The translations under genes were made by a program, and so were the position numbers. A stretch of DNA of 64,000 nt from Candidatus Eiseniibacteriota bacterium (GTDB lineage: Bacteria > Eisenbacteria > RBG-16-71-46 > CAZAMP01): NCBI GenBank assembly GCA_965224245.1, contig OZ245046.1:3040001-3104000 (forward strand). The letters run 5' to 3'. Positions 28,254 to 37,078 of this stretch are shown piece by piece. The stretch's first letter is position 1; each line of letters opens with the position of its first letter. Below the pieces are notes generated by a model. It made no database searches, had not been told where the DNA came from, and saw only the letters and a program-made list of their open reading frames with translations.

Positions 28254-30518
28254 GTGAACGATCATCGCGATCTCTGGTGGCCGTCTCCGACGATCACCCA
28301 CGGCCAGGCCGTCCGCCTGGACCTGTCCGAGCCGTTCACGGCGCACCACGGCGGAACGCTCACCGACATCCAGGTGAGCTATCAGAGCTGGGGCCCCTCG
28401 GCGGCCGCCGCCGAGGACACGGTCCTCGTCGTACATCCGATGACGGCCGACTGCCACGTCACCGGGGAGGCCTTCGGACACGATCCCGGCTGGTGGGAGC
28501 CCCTCGTGGGTCCCGGCCGCGCCATCGATACCGACCGGCACTTCGTGGTGTGCCCCAACCTCATCGGCGGCTGCTACGGCACCACGGGACCGCGCTTCCC
28601 CGCGCCTGACGGATCCCCCTACTTCGATCGCTTCCCGCTGTTGACACCGCGCGACATGATGCGCGTGCAGCGGCTCTTCCTCGACGCGATCGGCGTGCGC
28701 CACCTCCGGATGGTGATCGGCCCGTCCATGGGCGGCATGATCGCCTGGGAGTGGGCGATCGAGGCGTCGGACTGGGTCGATCGCGTCGTCGTGGTGGCGG
28801 CGCCGCTCCGGACCAGCGCCCATCAGATCGGGCTGAACTGGCTCCAGCGGCGCGGAATCGAGACCGACCTCGACGGCAACGAGGTCGTGGCCAAGGTCGG
28901 GCAGCTCCTCGCGCGGGGCGTGGGCATGCTCAGCTACCGATCCCCGGCGGGTCTCGAGGCGAAGTTCGGCCGGGAGTGGTTCACCGAGCCCGGCTCGACC
29001 CTCGGTGAGCGCGGCATGTTCAACGTGGAGTCGTGGCTCCGCCATCACGGCAAGCGCATCGCGAAGCGCTTCGATCCCTACACGTACCTGCTGTTCAGCC
29101 GCGCCATGGATCTCCACGACGTGTCGGACGGACGCGGAGACGTCATCGCCGTGCTGGACCGCGTGCGGACACGCGTCGAGGTCGTGGGGATCAGCACCGA
29201 CGCGCTCTACTCCCCAGAGGAGGTCCACTTCGGCGCGCACGTGCTCGGGCACCTGGGGCGCGACGTGCACTACTCGGAGATCCGCTCGCCGCATGGTCAC
29301 GACGCGTTCCTCCTGGAGACCGAGCAGATCGACGCGATCCTCCGCGCGGGCGACGACCGCGGACACGCGAGACCGGTCGTGGCGTCCGAGCGCCTGCGTG
29401 GCGTGCGCGTCGCGATCCTCGGCGCCGGGCGGGTGGCTCGCTCGTTCGTGGGGCTCTGCCGCGAGCGCCGCGACGGCATCGCCGATCGCAACGGCCTGGC
29501 CCTCGAGCTGACCGCGGTGGCCGACCTGGAGGAAGCCGCCCTGTCGGATCCGGCGTTCGACGGACTCGACCGCGTCCGGGATCCGGACGCGCTGGTCGAT
29601 CGCGAGGACGTGGACGTGATCGTCGACCTGACCCGGGGTCTCGGCGCGAAGCCGTTCATCGAGCGCGCCCTCCGGAGCCAACGACCCGTGGTCACCCCCA
29701 ACAAGCCGCTGGTGCGCGCGTTCGGCGACGAGCTGGAGCGGCTGGCCCTTCAGAGCGGCGTCCGCATCGCGTTTCACGACTCCATCGCCGCGGGCTGGCC
29801 CTTGATCTACACGGTCGAGCGACCGCTGGACGAGGGTCGCATCACGGGGATCCGGGCCATGCTGTCCAGCTCGATGAACGTCGCTCTGGAGGCGATCGAG
29901 AGCGGCGCCTCATTCGAGGACGCGATGGTCGACGTCGTGTCGCGCGGGCTCACCGAGCCCGATCCGGAGCTGGACGTCGTGGGCTGGGACTCGGCCCAGA
30001 AGCTGGCCATCCTCCTCGCCCACGCGCTCGAGCGCCGCTACCACGGAGACGACCTCTCGGTGCGCGGCGTCGCCGATCTCGACGTGCGCCTCGTCCGCGG
30101 CGCGGGCGAGCGCGGCTATCGCATCAAGCTCGTGGCCGCGGCCGAGTGCCGGGGCGATGAGTCCCGGGCGGCGGTGAGCCCGATGGCGGTGCGCGCCGAC
30201 GGTCACCTGGGCAGCGTGCGCGGGACCGATCACGTCGTGCTCCTGGAGACGGCCGACGGAGAGCTCGCGTACTTCGGGGCGGGCGCGGGGACGTTGCCGG
30301 TCGCGACGGCGGTCCTGAACGATCTCGTGGGGCTCTTCGATTCGTCGCACAGCTGGACCGGGACGTATCCGAGGGCGAGCGCGCCGCTCCCCGGCCTCGG
30401 GTTCTCGCGCTGGCTCACGATCGGGGAGTCGGGGAAGACGTCGATCCTGGAGACTGCCCCCACCGCGGTGACGGGGTCGCCCGATGGCCGCGCAGTCCCG
30501 ATCCTGTCCACCGACTGA
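28254..30518 (+). CDS. Fusion: MetX-type O-acyltransferase + homoserine dehydrogenase-like domain
   Basis: N-half GWWEPLVGPGRAIDT, GGCYGTTGP, GPSMGGM, HGHDAFL; C-half GAGRVA, VVTPNK, DPELDVVGWDSAQKL, GAGAG..ATAVLND; no internal stop. Confidence 0.88.
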   Translation: MNDHRDLWWPSPTITHGQAVRLDLSEPFTAHHGGTLTDIQVSYQSWGPSAAAAEDTVLVVHPMTADCHVTGEAFGHDPGWWEPLVGPGRAIDTDRHFVVCPNLIGGCYGTTGPRFPAPDGSPYFDRFPLLTPRDMMRVQRLFLDAIGVRHLRMVIGPSMGGMIAWEWAIEASDWVDRVVVVAAPLRTSAHQIGLNWLQRRGIETDLDGNEVVAKVGQLLARGVGMLSYRSPAGLEAKFGREWFTEPGSTLGERGMFNVESWLRHHGKRIAKRFDPYTYLLFSRAMDLHDVSDGRGDVIAVLDRVRTRVEVVGISTDALYSPEEVHFGAHVLGHLGRDVHYSEIRSPHGHDAFLLETEQIDAILRAGDDRGHARPVVASERLRGVRVAILGAGRVARSFVGLCRERRDGIADRNGLALELTAVADLEEAALSDPAFDGLDRVRDPDALVDREDVDVIVDLTRGLGAKPFIERALRSQRPVVTPNKPLVRAFGDELERLALQSGVRIAFHDSIAAGWPLIYTVERPLDEGRITGIRAMLSSSMNVALEAIESGASFEDAMVDVVSRGLTEPDPELDVVGWDSAQKLAILLAHALERRYHGDDLSVRGVADLDVRLVRGAGERGYRIKLVAAAECRGDESRAAVSPMAVRADGHLGSVRGTDHVVLLETADGELAYFGAGAGTLPVATAVLNDLVGLFDSSHSWTGTYPRASAPLPGLGFSRWLTIGESGKTSILETAPTAVTGSPDGRAVPILSTD

Positions 30519-30550
30519 ATGGGGTGCGCCCGGTCCGACACCGGGTCGGA

Positions 30551-30830
30551 CTACGGTGCGACGCCGTCGACGATCGTCACTCGTCCCGCCCCGACGCGCT
30601 CCCCGGTGATCGCGCGCACCTCGACGAAGCCCCCCCGGCGGCACGTGCTCCCCGTAGCGGTCCCGGCCATCCCAGCTCACCACGCCCCCGGCGACACCGC
30701 CGTCACCCGCATCGCACGGCGACGGCCCGACGCGTCGAACACCGAGAGACAAACGTGAACCCCGACGGGGAGTCCCCGAGGGAGATCCACACCGCGCCGC
30801 GGGACGCGTTCGGTTGCACCCGGGTATTGA
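30551..30830 (-). pseudogene. Frameshifted remnant of a FlgD-Ig/T9SS-like C-terminal domain
   Basis: Successive pieces in different frames: VQPNASRGAVWISL / CLSVFDASGRRR / VSWDGRDRYGEHVPPG / FVEVRAITGERVGAGRVTIV. Confidence 0.7.
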
Positions 30831-31020
30831 TCGGCGGCCACGTCTCGTCCGGAACGCTCACGACGCCACATCCGACTTGTAGCCGCCGGATGTCGTCGCC
30901 TCCTCGCGGCGCACGCACTGTGATCATGGGAGTTCAGCAACGACAACTAAGGAACCCACACGATCTTCGCGATAATCTCGACCCGAGTACCCGAGCCGTA
31001 GCACGTTTCGTACATCACCC

Positions 31021-32637
31021 CTAACGCAGGAGGACCGTCTTCAGGACGTGCCGTGCCCCGCGATCGGTCTCGACTCGCCACCAGTACACACCGGGGAGCG
31101 GCCGATCGGTCACATCCGACAGCGACACGAGAACCATCCCACTCCCGAATGAACGAACGAGCTGCCCGAGTCGCCGGCCCGTCACATCGAACAGTGTCAC
31201 CGAGACCTTGCCTGCGCTCGGACTGAAGAACCCCACACGATCCGATCCGATGATCATGGGCATCGCCACGGCCCGCGGAGCGCCCCACGAGAAGACGTCG
31301 TATGTGGGTGCGTCGTCGGCCACCGAGACGAGCTTGACGACAGTGCTCACAGCGCCCTCGCCGCCGTACGCCCGATAGGCAATCCAGACATTGCCATCAC
31401 CGTCCGCTGTCATCGCGATGGAGAGCTTCCCCTCGGGTGCGACCTCATTCGGGACGTCGTTCACCTGCTGGAGAGGGGACCAGAGTCCCGTGATGTGATC
31501 CCGGTACGTGTACACGATGTCGACCGACCCGAACGGGTGGTTCGTCAGCGCCGCGAGGTGGAGGTTCCCGGCTTCGTCGATAGCAAGGTGGGGTAAGTAT
31601 ACGTTCCGATCTGGTAACGCGATCTCGTGGTCTTTCGAGTACGTCCACTCATTCCCTTCCTGCGTGAACTCGACTATCTCCACGAACGCGCGGGCCTCAT
31701 GCCGGTTCCAAGCGGCCCAGAGGCACCCCCGTTCTCGATCGACCTGGATCCACGGATCGAGTCGTGTGGCTCGATCGAGCACGAACGTTCTCGCAGACCA
31801 GCCCGTAGACGTCTCCCATACCCGCAGGGTAACGTCGGTTGCCCCGTCAGGTCGGTACGACTCGGCAACGGTCAGAAACACCGCGGCGCCCTGCCATCGC
31901 TGGAGCTGCGACATGAATGACGGCGTGAAGGTTTCGCCGATGTCGAGTCGCTCATCCTCCGACCAACCGATGCGTGGATCGCCAGACACGAAAGTCCTCA
32001 GGTCGAAACCGGTTCGCGGATCCCGGGACACGGCAACCACGCAAACGGCTCCGGAGGCAGTCCAGGTCAGGCTGGACTCCGAGGAACCGACGCTATCGTC
32101 CGCGGCAACCCGCCCGCATGAAAGTGTTCGTGTCCCGGGGTCGAGCACCGCAAAGAGAAGCCTCTGCCGAACGCCCTGATCGGTGGTTTCGTTACTTCGC
32201 CAGACCACGACTGGACGCGCATACGGATCGAGCACCGCGCTCGAGGACTCCGCGAGCTGTCCAGGTGCGTACGGTGCGTCATCATCGACCCATGCCCCAC
32301 CGCGATCGACGCTCCGAAGACTCGTAGGTCCGAACAGCAACTCGCCGTCCCCGCCTCCTGCGTGGCCACGGATGGCAATGAGTCGAAGGACGCGACCTGC
32401 GTCCCGCAACAGAATCGGACTGCTGTACCCACCTCTCAGGCTTGTCGCGAGCACGGCACGCGCGCCGAGGAGCAGCGGCCACTCCATCGCGGAACGCGAG
32501 GGTGTACTGACAACGGGTGCACCCGTGCTGATGAGTTCGCCGGTCCGGCCGAAGTCGTCGTGGGTCGCCGCCCCCGAGGCTCCAAACATCGCCAGAACGA
32601 AGACGACCGCGGCGAGCTGCGGAGTGCTACCGCGCAC
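31021..32637 (-). CDS. Secreted beta-propeller-like protein with FlgD/T9SS-like C-terminal domain
   Basis: Signal-like LAAVVFVLAMFGASGA after GTG 32637; PHLAIDEAGNLHLA and TADGDGNVWIAY blades; tail VTLFDVTGRRL...PGVYWWRVETDRG...KTVLLR; atypical codon usage. Confidence 0.72.
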   Translation of the reverse strand: MRGSTPQLAAVVFVLAMFGASGAATHDDFGRTGELISTGAPVVSTPSRSAMEWPLLLGARAVLATSLRGGYSSPILLRDAGRVLRLIAIRGHAGGGDGELLFGPTSLRSVDRGGAWVDDDAPYAPGQLAESSSAVLDPYARPVVVWRSNETTDQGVRQRLLFAVLDPGTRTLSCGRVAADDSVGSSESSLTWTASGAVCVVAVSRDPRTGFDLRTFVSGDPRIGWSEDERLDIGETFTPSFMSQLQRWQGAAVFLTVAESYRPDGATDVTLRVWETSTGWSARTFVLDRATRLDPWIQVDRERGCLWAAWNRHEARAFVEIVEFTQEGNEWTYSKDHEIALPDRNVYLPHLAIDEAGNLHLAALTNHPFGSVDIVYTYRDHITGLWSPLQQVNDVPNEVAPEGKLSIAMTADGDGNVWIAYRAYGGEGAVSTVVKLVSVADDAPTYDVFSWGAPRAVAMPMIIGSDRVGFFSPSAGKVSVTLFDVTGRRLGQLVRSFGSGMVLVSLSDVTDRPLPGVYWWRVETDRGARHVLKTVLLR

Positions 32638-33013
32638 CAAGGTGAGCCACCTTCTGTGTGAAGGTCCCATCCGCGAGGTCGGCGGTGACAACGTAGATCC
32701 CACCGCGAATCGCGGGAGAACCGGTTGCTGGCGCCTGCGGAGCCCCGACACAATCGATGACACCGGCGTCGGCGGACGGCGATCCCGACCCCAGGAGCAC
32801 CGCCTTCCCATCGAACCGGATGTCGTGGTTGCCCTTCCCGCGAAACACGCCGTCACCGAGCTCGATGGTGTCGAGATGCGTGGCCGCGTCGATGGCCTCC
32901 TGGACCGTGGCGAAGTCGCCCGAGCCGTCGGCGGCGACGTGGTACGTGGCACCGTACGCCATCCCCCAGACGAGTGCCTGGACGAGAATGCTGACGACGA
33001 GTGCGCGGCTCAT
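32627..33013 (-). CDS. Internally deleted secreted protein (beta-helix N-cap fused to CTD tail), possible pseudogene
   Basis: Signal peptide, ATYHVAADGSGDFATVQEAIDAA..DTIELGDGVFRG..VIDC, then directly GIYVVTADLADGTFTQKVAHL; 128 aa. Confidence 0.68.
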   Translation of the reverse strand: MSRALVVSILVQALVWGMAYGATYHVAADGSGDFATVQEAIDAATHLDTIELGDGVFRGKGNHDIRFDGKAVLLGSGSPSADAGVIDCVGAPQAPATGSPAIRGGIYVVTADLADGTFTQKVAHLGAR

Positions 33014-33222
33014 CGGACCGACCACCCCGTGCAGGAGATCGCTCCCGGGGAAGGGAACCTCACGAGTACGACTCGATCCGGCCCGCGGGGAGCCCGCCGG
33101 ACGGACGGGTCGCACAGATCATCTGGAGTCTATCCCGCGCCTGACCGGATCGGGTGTCCGAGGCACGACCGATCATCGAGGGGGATCCCGGGCCGCCCGG
33201 CGGGACTCGTGCTCGCCACGGC

Positions 33223-33252
33223 TTGACCGTCGAATCCCCGGCCCCCTAGACT
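33223..33252 (+). promoter_or_regulatory. Putative sigma70 promoter for a leaderless transcript
   Basis: TTGACC-18nt-TAGACT, 6 nt before ATG 33259. Confidence 0.55.
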
Positions 33253-33258
33253 CGCCCG

Positions 33259-33525
33259 ATGCTGCTCGCGATGCTCGCGGCCGAGCACCTGCTCGCCACC
33301 GCTCTCCTCACGGCCGCGGCCGTGGCGGTCTTCCGGATCGACCTCGCTCTGGCCGTGTTCGGAGCCGGCGCCGCCGCGACCTATCTTCTGTGGCGGGACC
33401 TCCGGCATCGCGGCGTCTGGGTGCTCCTGGACAATCTTCGCGTCCCCCGGGGCGCGTTCCTGGCCGGGCTCTTCGGACTCTCACAGCTCGCCAACCTCCT
33501 GCTCGCGCTGGGCACGCGACGATGA
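33259..33525 (+). CDS. Small membrane protein
   Basis: 88 aa, about 3 TM; stop overlaps the ABC ATPase start (ATGA). Confidence 0.62.
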   Translation: MLLAMLAAEHLLATALLTAAAVAVFRIDLALAVFGAGAAATYLLWRDLRHRGVWVLLDNLRVPRGAFLAGLFGLSQLANLLLALGTRR

Positions 33526-34178
33526 CCCTGGTCCTGGACACGCTCCGCCACGCGTTCGGCCGACAGCGCGTGCTGGAGGGGGCGTCGCTGACGGTGCGGC
33601 CCGGCAGCATCACCGGTCTCTTCGGCCGGAACGCGTCGGGCAAGTCCACGCTGATGCGGATTGCCGCGGCCCAGCTCCGGCCGGACTCGGGTGCCGTCCT
33701 CGCCGACGGCGTGCCGCTGGCGCGGGGCGGGCGCCGGCGCTGGTTCGGCCGGATCGCCTATCTGCCGCAGGAGCGCATGCTGCCGTCCGAAGCCCCGGTG
33801 AGCGTGGTGGCCCGGGCGTTCCCCGGTGGCGCGGCACGGCTGGCCGACGAGCTGGTGGCTCCGCTTCGCGGCCGGCGCGTGGGCCAGCTCTCGACCGGTG
33901 AGCGCCAGACCCTGCGCATCGCCCTGGTGACGAGCCTCCGGCGTGACTACTACGTCCTCGACGAGCCCATCGTCGGCCTCCAGCCGACGCTCGTCGAGGA
34001 GATCCTCTCGCGCCTCGGCCGGCTCGCGGCCGGCGGCGCGGGGATCCTCCTGTCCGACCACCGGATCGACGACGTGTCGCCGCTGGTCGGGTCTTCCTAC
34101 GTCCTCGCCAACGGCCGCTGCCGCCCCCACGACGCCACCGACCTCCGGGCCGGCCTGACCGCCCGGCCGTGGGACTGA
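33522..34178 (+). CDS. ABC ATP-binding protein
   Basis: GRNASGKST, AYLPQE, LSTGERQ, VLDEP, LLSDH. Confidence 0.85.
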   Translation: MTLVLDTLRHAFGRQRVLEGASLTVRPGSITGLFGRNASGKSTLMRIAAAQLRPDSGAVLADGVPLARGGRRRWFGRIAYLPQERMLPSEAPVSVVARAFPGGAARLADELVAPLRGRRVGQLSTGERQTLRIALVTSLRRDYYVLDEPIVGLQPTLVEEILSRLGRLAAGGAGILLSDHRIDDVSPLVGSSYVLANGRCRPHDATDLRAGLTARPWD

Positions 34179-34230
34179 CGATCGAGGCGCTTGACACGAG
34201 TGCCACGCGCGGGGGATACGGTCTCACTCG

Positions 34231-35739
34231 ATGAGCACACTTCTGTCGACCATTCACGCCGCCTTTCACGAGCCGCGCACCCGGGTCTACCGCATCGTCC
34301 AGGGCACCGTATGGGGCCTGATCGTGCTGTCGATCACGCTCCTGGCGATCGAGGCGGTCTTGCCCGAGGCGAGCCCCGCCGCCTCGGTCCTGCGTGGGCT
34401 CGACCGGATCCTGCTCTCGATCTTCGCCGTCGAGGTGATTCTCCGGATCGCATCGCATCAGCCGCCGTCGCTGCGCGTGTTCGAACGCCCGCCGATGGGC
34501 CGCGTTCGCGCTCACCTGGTCGCGCGTCTCCGATATGCGACCCGTCCGATCATCCTCGTGGACATCCTGGCCGTGCTCGCGTTCTTTCCGGAGCTCCGCG
34601 GGCTCCGCGCGCTCCGGCTCCTGCGGCTGCTCCGCACGACCCGCGTGTTCCGGTACCGGAACCCCTTCGCGATCGTCGTGGGGGCCCTGGAAGAGAACGG
34701 GCTCCTGTTCGCGTTCGCGTTCACGGTGCTCGGGGTGACCACGCTCCTCGGCGGCATCAGCATCTACCTCGTCGAATCGAAGGTGAACCCCGAGATCCAC
34801 TCGATCTTCGACGGCTTCTGGTGGGCGCTGGTGACGATCACGACGGTCGGGTACGGCGACATCACGCCGGTGTCGCCGCTCGGACGCATCGTGGGCAGCG
34901 TCATGATGCTCGGCGGGATGTTCACGCTGGCCCTGTTCGCGGGTATCGTGGGATCCAGCCTGGTGAGGGGGATGCTGAGCATCCGGGAGGAGCAGTTTCG
35001 AATGAGCGACTACGTCAACCACGTCGTCGTCTGCGGCTACGACGAGAGCTCCCATTTGCTGCTGGACGCGCTCGATCGCGAGCTGGATCTGGACGAGACC
35101 CGCGTCGTGGTGTTCGACGACCACGAACGCCCGCGGGATCTCCCTCCGTCGTTTCTGTGGGTGGAAGGTGACCCCACCAAGGAGAGCGAGCTGGACAAGG
35201 TCCGGCTCACGCACGCGGCGGCCGTCATCATCTCCGGAGCCCGCGACACCTCGCCGCAGCACGCCGACGCCCGGACGATCCTGATCACGTTCACGATCCG
35301 CTCGTTTCTGGCCCGCCACCCCGGGCACGTGGAGACGCGCCGCGCGCGCCTGTACCTCGTGGCCGAGATCCTGGACTCCGAGAACGTCGACCACGCGATC
35401 ACGGCCGGCGCCGACGAGGTCATCGAGACCCGGAAGATCGGCTACTCGATGATCGCGCACGCGGTGGGCTATCACGGCACCGCCAGCACGATGAGCCGGG
35501 TCCTGATCTCGGGCTCGCACAACGCCTACATCGGCCGGATCCCCGACGAGTTCCGCGACGAGCCGCGGTTCGGCGATCTCCTGGCCCGGATGCAGCTCTC
35601 CAAGCGAGGCGGCCTCGTGATCGGAATCCGGACACCCGCGGGCGACGAGGTCATCAATCCACCCAAGGCTCACACGATCGAGCCCGGGACGCTCCTGATC
35701 TACCTGGCCGAGCAGGCGCTCCTGGAGCCGCCGCCCTAG
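34231..35739 (+). CDS. 6-TM voltage-gated-type K+ channel with RCK (TrkA-N) domain
   Basis: S4 [14 protein letters not shown], filter [22 protein letters not shown]. Confidence 0.92.
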   Translation: MSTLLSTIHAAFHEPRTRVYRIVQGTVWGLIVLSITLLAIEAVLPEASPAASVLRGLDRILLSIFAVEVILRIASHQPPSLRVFERPPMGRVRAHLVARLRYATRPIILVDILAVLAFFPELRGLRALRLLRLLRTTRVFRYRNPFAIVVGALEENGLLFAFAFTVLGVTTLLGGISIYLVESKVNPEIHSIFDGFWWALVTITTVGYGDITPVSPLGRIVGSVMMLGGMFTLALFAGIVGSSLVRGMLSIREEQFRMSDYVNHVVVCGYDESSHLLLDALDRELDLDETRVVVFDDHERPRDLPPSFLWVEGDPTKESELDKVRLTHAAAVIISGARDTSPQHADARTILITFTIRSFLARHPGHVETRRARLYLVAEILDSENVDHAITAGADEVIETRKIGYSMIAHAVGYHGTASTMSRVLISGSHNAYIGRIPDEFRDEPRFGDLLARMQLSKRGGLVIGIRTPAGDEVINPPKAHTIEPGTLLIYLAEQALLEPPP

Positions 35740-35923
35740 CGGTAGCCGCCGGCCGCGGGACCGAATCGCCGGGCCGGGCGCAGCCGGCGGTGGCGCGGAC
35801 CGAGCCGGGTGTGGCACCCTCTCGGGCGTCCGATCCAACAGAGCCCAACCGTCCGGCGCCGGCCGCACCGGACGTCAGGACCCCTCTCCATCCCGCGCGC
35901 ACGCGCGATCACGGAAAGCCAGC

Positions 35924-37078
35924 ATGAACCCGACCGATTTCTACGACGTCCGAGCCGAGCTGACCGAGGACGAACGACAGATCCGAGACGCCGTCCGCGC
36001 CTTCGTCGACCGCGAGGTGATCCCGATCATCGGGCGTGCGTTCGACGAGCACCGCTTCCCGTCCGAGCTCGTACCCGGGCTCGTGGAGCTGGGTCTGCTC
36101 GGCTGCAACCTCGAGGGCTACGAGTGCGCCGGCGTCAGCAACGTCGCCTACGGCGTGGCCTGCCAGGAGCTCGAGCGCGGCGACTCCGGGCTCCGGAGCT
36201 TCGTGTCGGTGCAGGGCAGCCTCTGCATGTACCCGATCTGGAAGTGGGGCTCGGAAGCCCAGAAGGAGCGATGGCTCCCGCGCATGGCTCGCGGCGAGGC
36301 CATCGGCTGCTTCGGGCTGACCGAGCCCGACGGCGGCTCGGATCCCGGCACGATGAAGACGCACGCCGAGCGCAACGGGGATACCTGGGTCCTCAACGGG
36401 GCCAAGATGTGGATCACGAACGGATCGGTCGCCGACGTCGCCATCGTGTGGGCCCGCACGCCCGACGGGGTACGCGGATTCCTGGTCGAGAAGGGCATGC
36501 CGGGCTTCACGACGCGCGACATCCTGAAGAAGTACTCCCTGCGGGCGTCCATCACCTCGGAGCTGTTCTTCGACAACGTCGAGGTGCCCGAGGCCAATCG
36601 ACTGCCGGACGCCGCCGGGCTCGCGGCGCCGCTGGGCTGCCTGACGCAGGCACGGTACGGCATCACCTGGGGCGCCATCGGTGCGGCCGTTGCGTGCTTC
36701 GAGGAAGCTCGCGAGTTCGCCGCGTCGCGCGTCACGTTCGGCCGGCCCATCGCGTCCACGCAGACCATCCAGCGCCGCCTGGCGGACATGTGCCGCCGCA
36801 TCACGACCGCGCAGCTCCTGTCGCTTCGCCTCGGCCGCCTGAAGGACGCCGGGGAGATGCACCACTCGCAGGTCTCGCTGGCCAAGTGGAACAACGTTCG
36901 CATGGCGCTCGACGTGGCGCGGGACGCGCGCGACCTCCTCGGCGCCGGCGGGATCAGCATCGAGTTCCACAGCATACGCCACATGCTCAACCTCGAGAGC
37001 GTGATCACCTACGAGGGCACCGAGACCATCCACGAGCTGGTGATCGGCCGCGAGCTCACGGGGCTGACCGCGTTCTGA
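35924..37078 (+). CDS. gcdH: Glutaryl-CoA dehydrogenase-type acyl-CoA dehydrogenase
   Basis: ELERGDSGLRS, GCFGLTEPDGGSDP, KMWITN, LRASIT, NLESVITYEGT. Confidence 0.85.
   Translation: MNPTDFYDVRAELTEDERQIRDAVRAFVDREVIPIIGRAFDEHRFPSELVPGLVELGLLGCNLEGYECAGVSNVAYGVACQELERGDSGLRSFVSVQGSLCMYPIWKWGSEAQKERWLPRMARGEAIGCFGLTEPDGGSDPGTMKTHAERNGDTWVLNGAKMWITNGSVADVAIVWARTPDGVRGFLVEKGMPGFTTRDILKKYSLRASITSELFFDNVEVPEANRLPDAAGLAAPLGCLTQARYGITWGAIGAAVACFEEAREFAASRVTFGRPIASTQTIQRRLADMCRRITTAQLLSLRLGRLKDAGEMHHSQVSLAKWNNVRMALDVARDARDLLGAGGISIEFHSIRHMLNLESVITYEGTETIHELVIGRELTGLTAF

Noticed and set aside
32638-32952. N-terminal extension of the 643-aa ORF
   Set aside because: It overlaps the better-supported 32627-33013 gene in another frame; the signal peptide begins near 32637.
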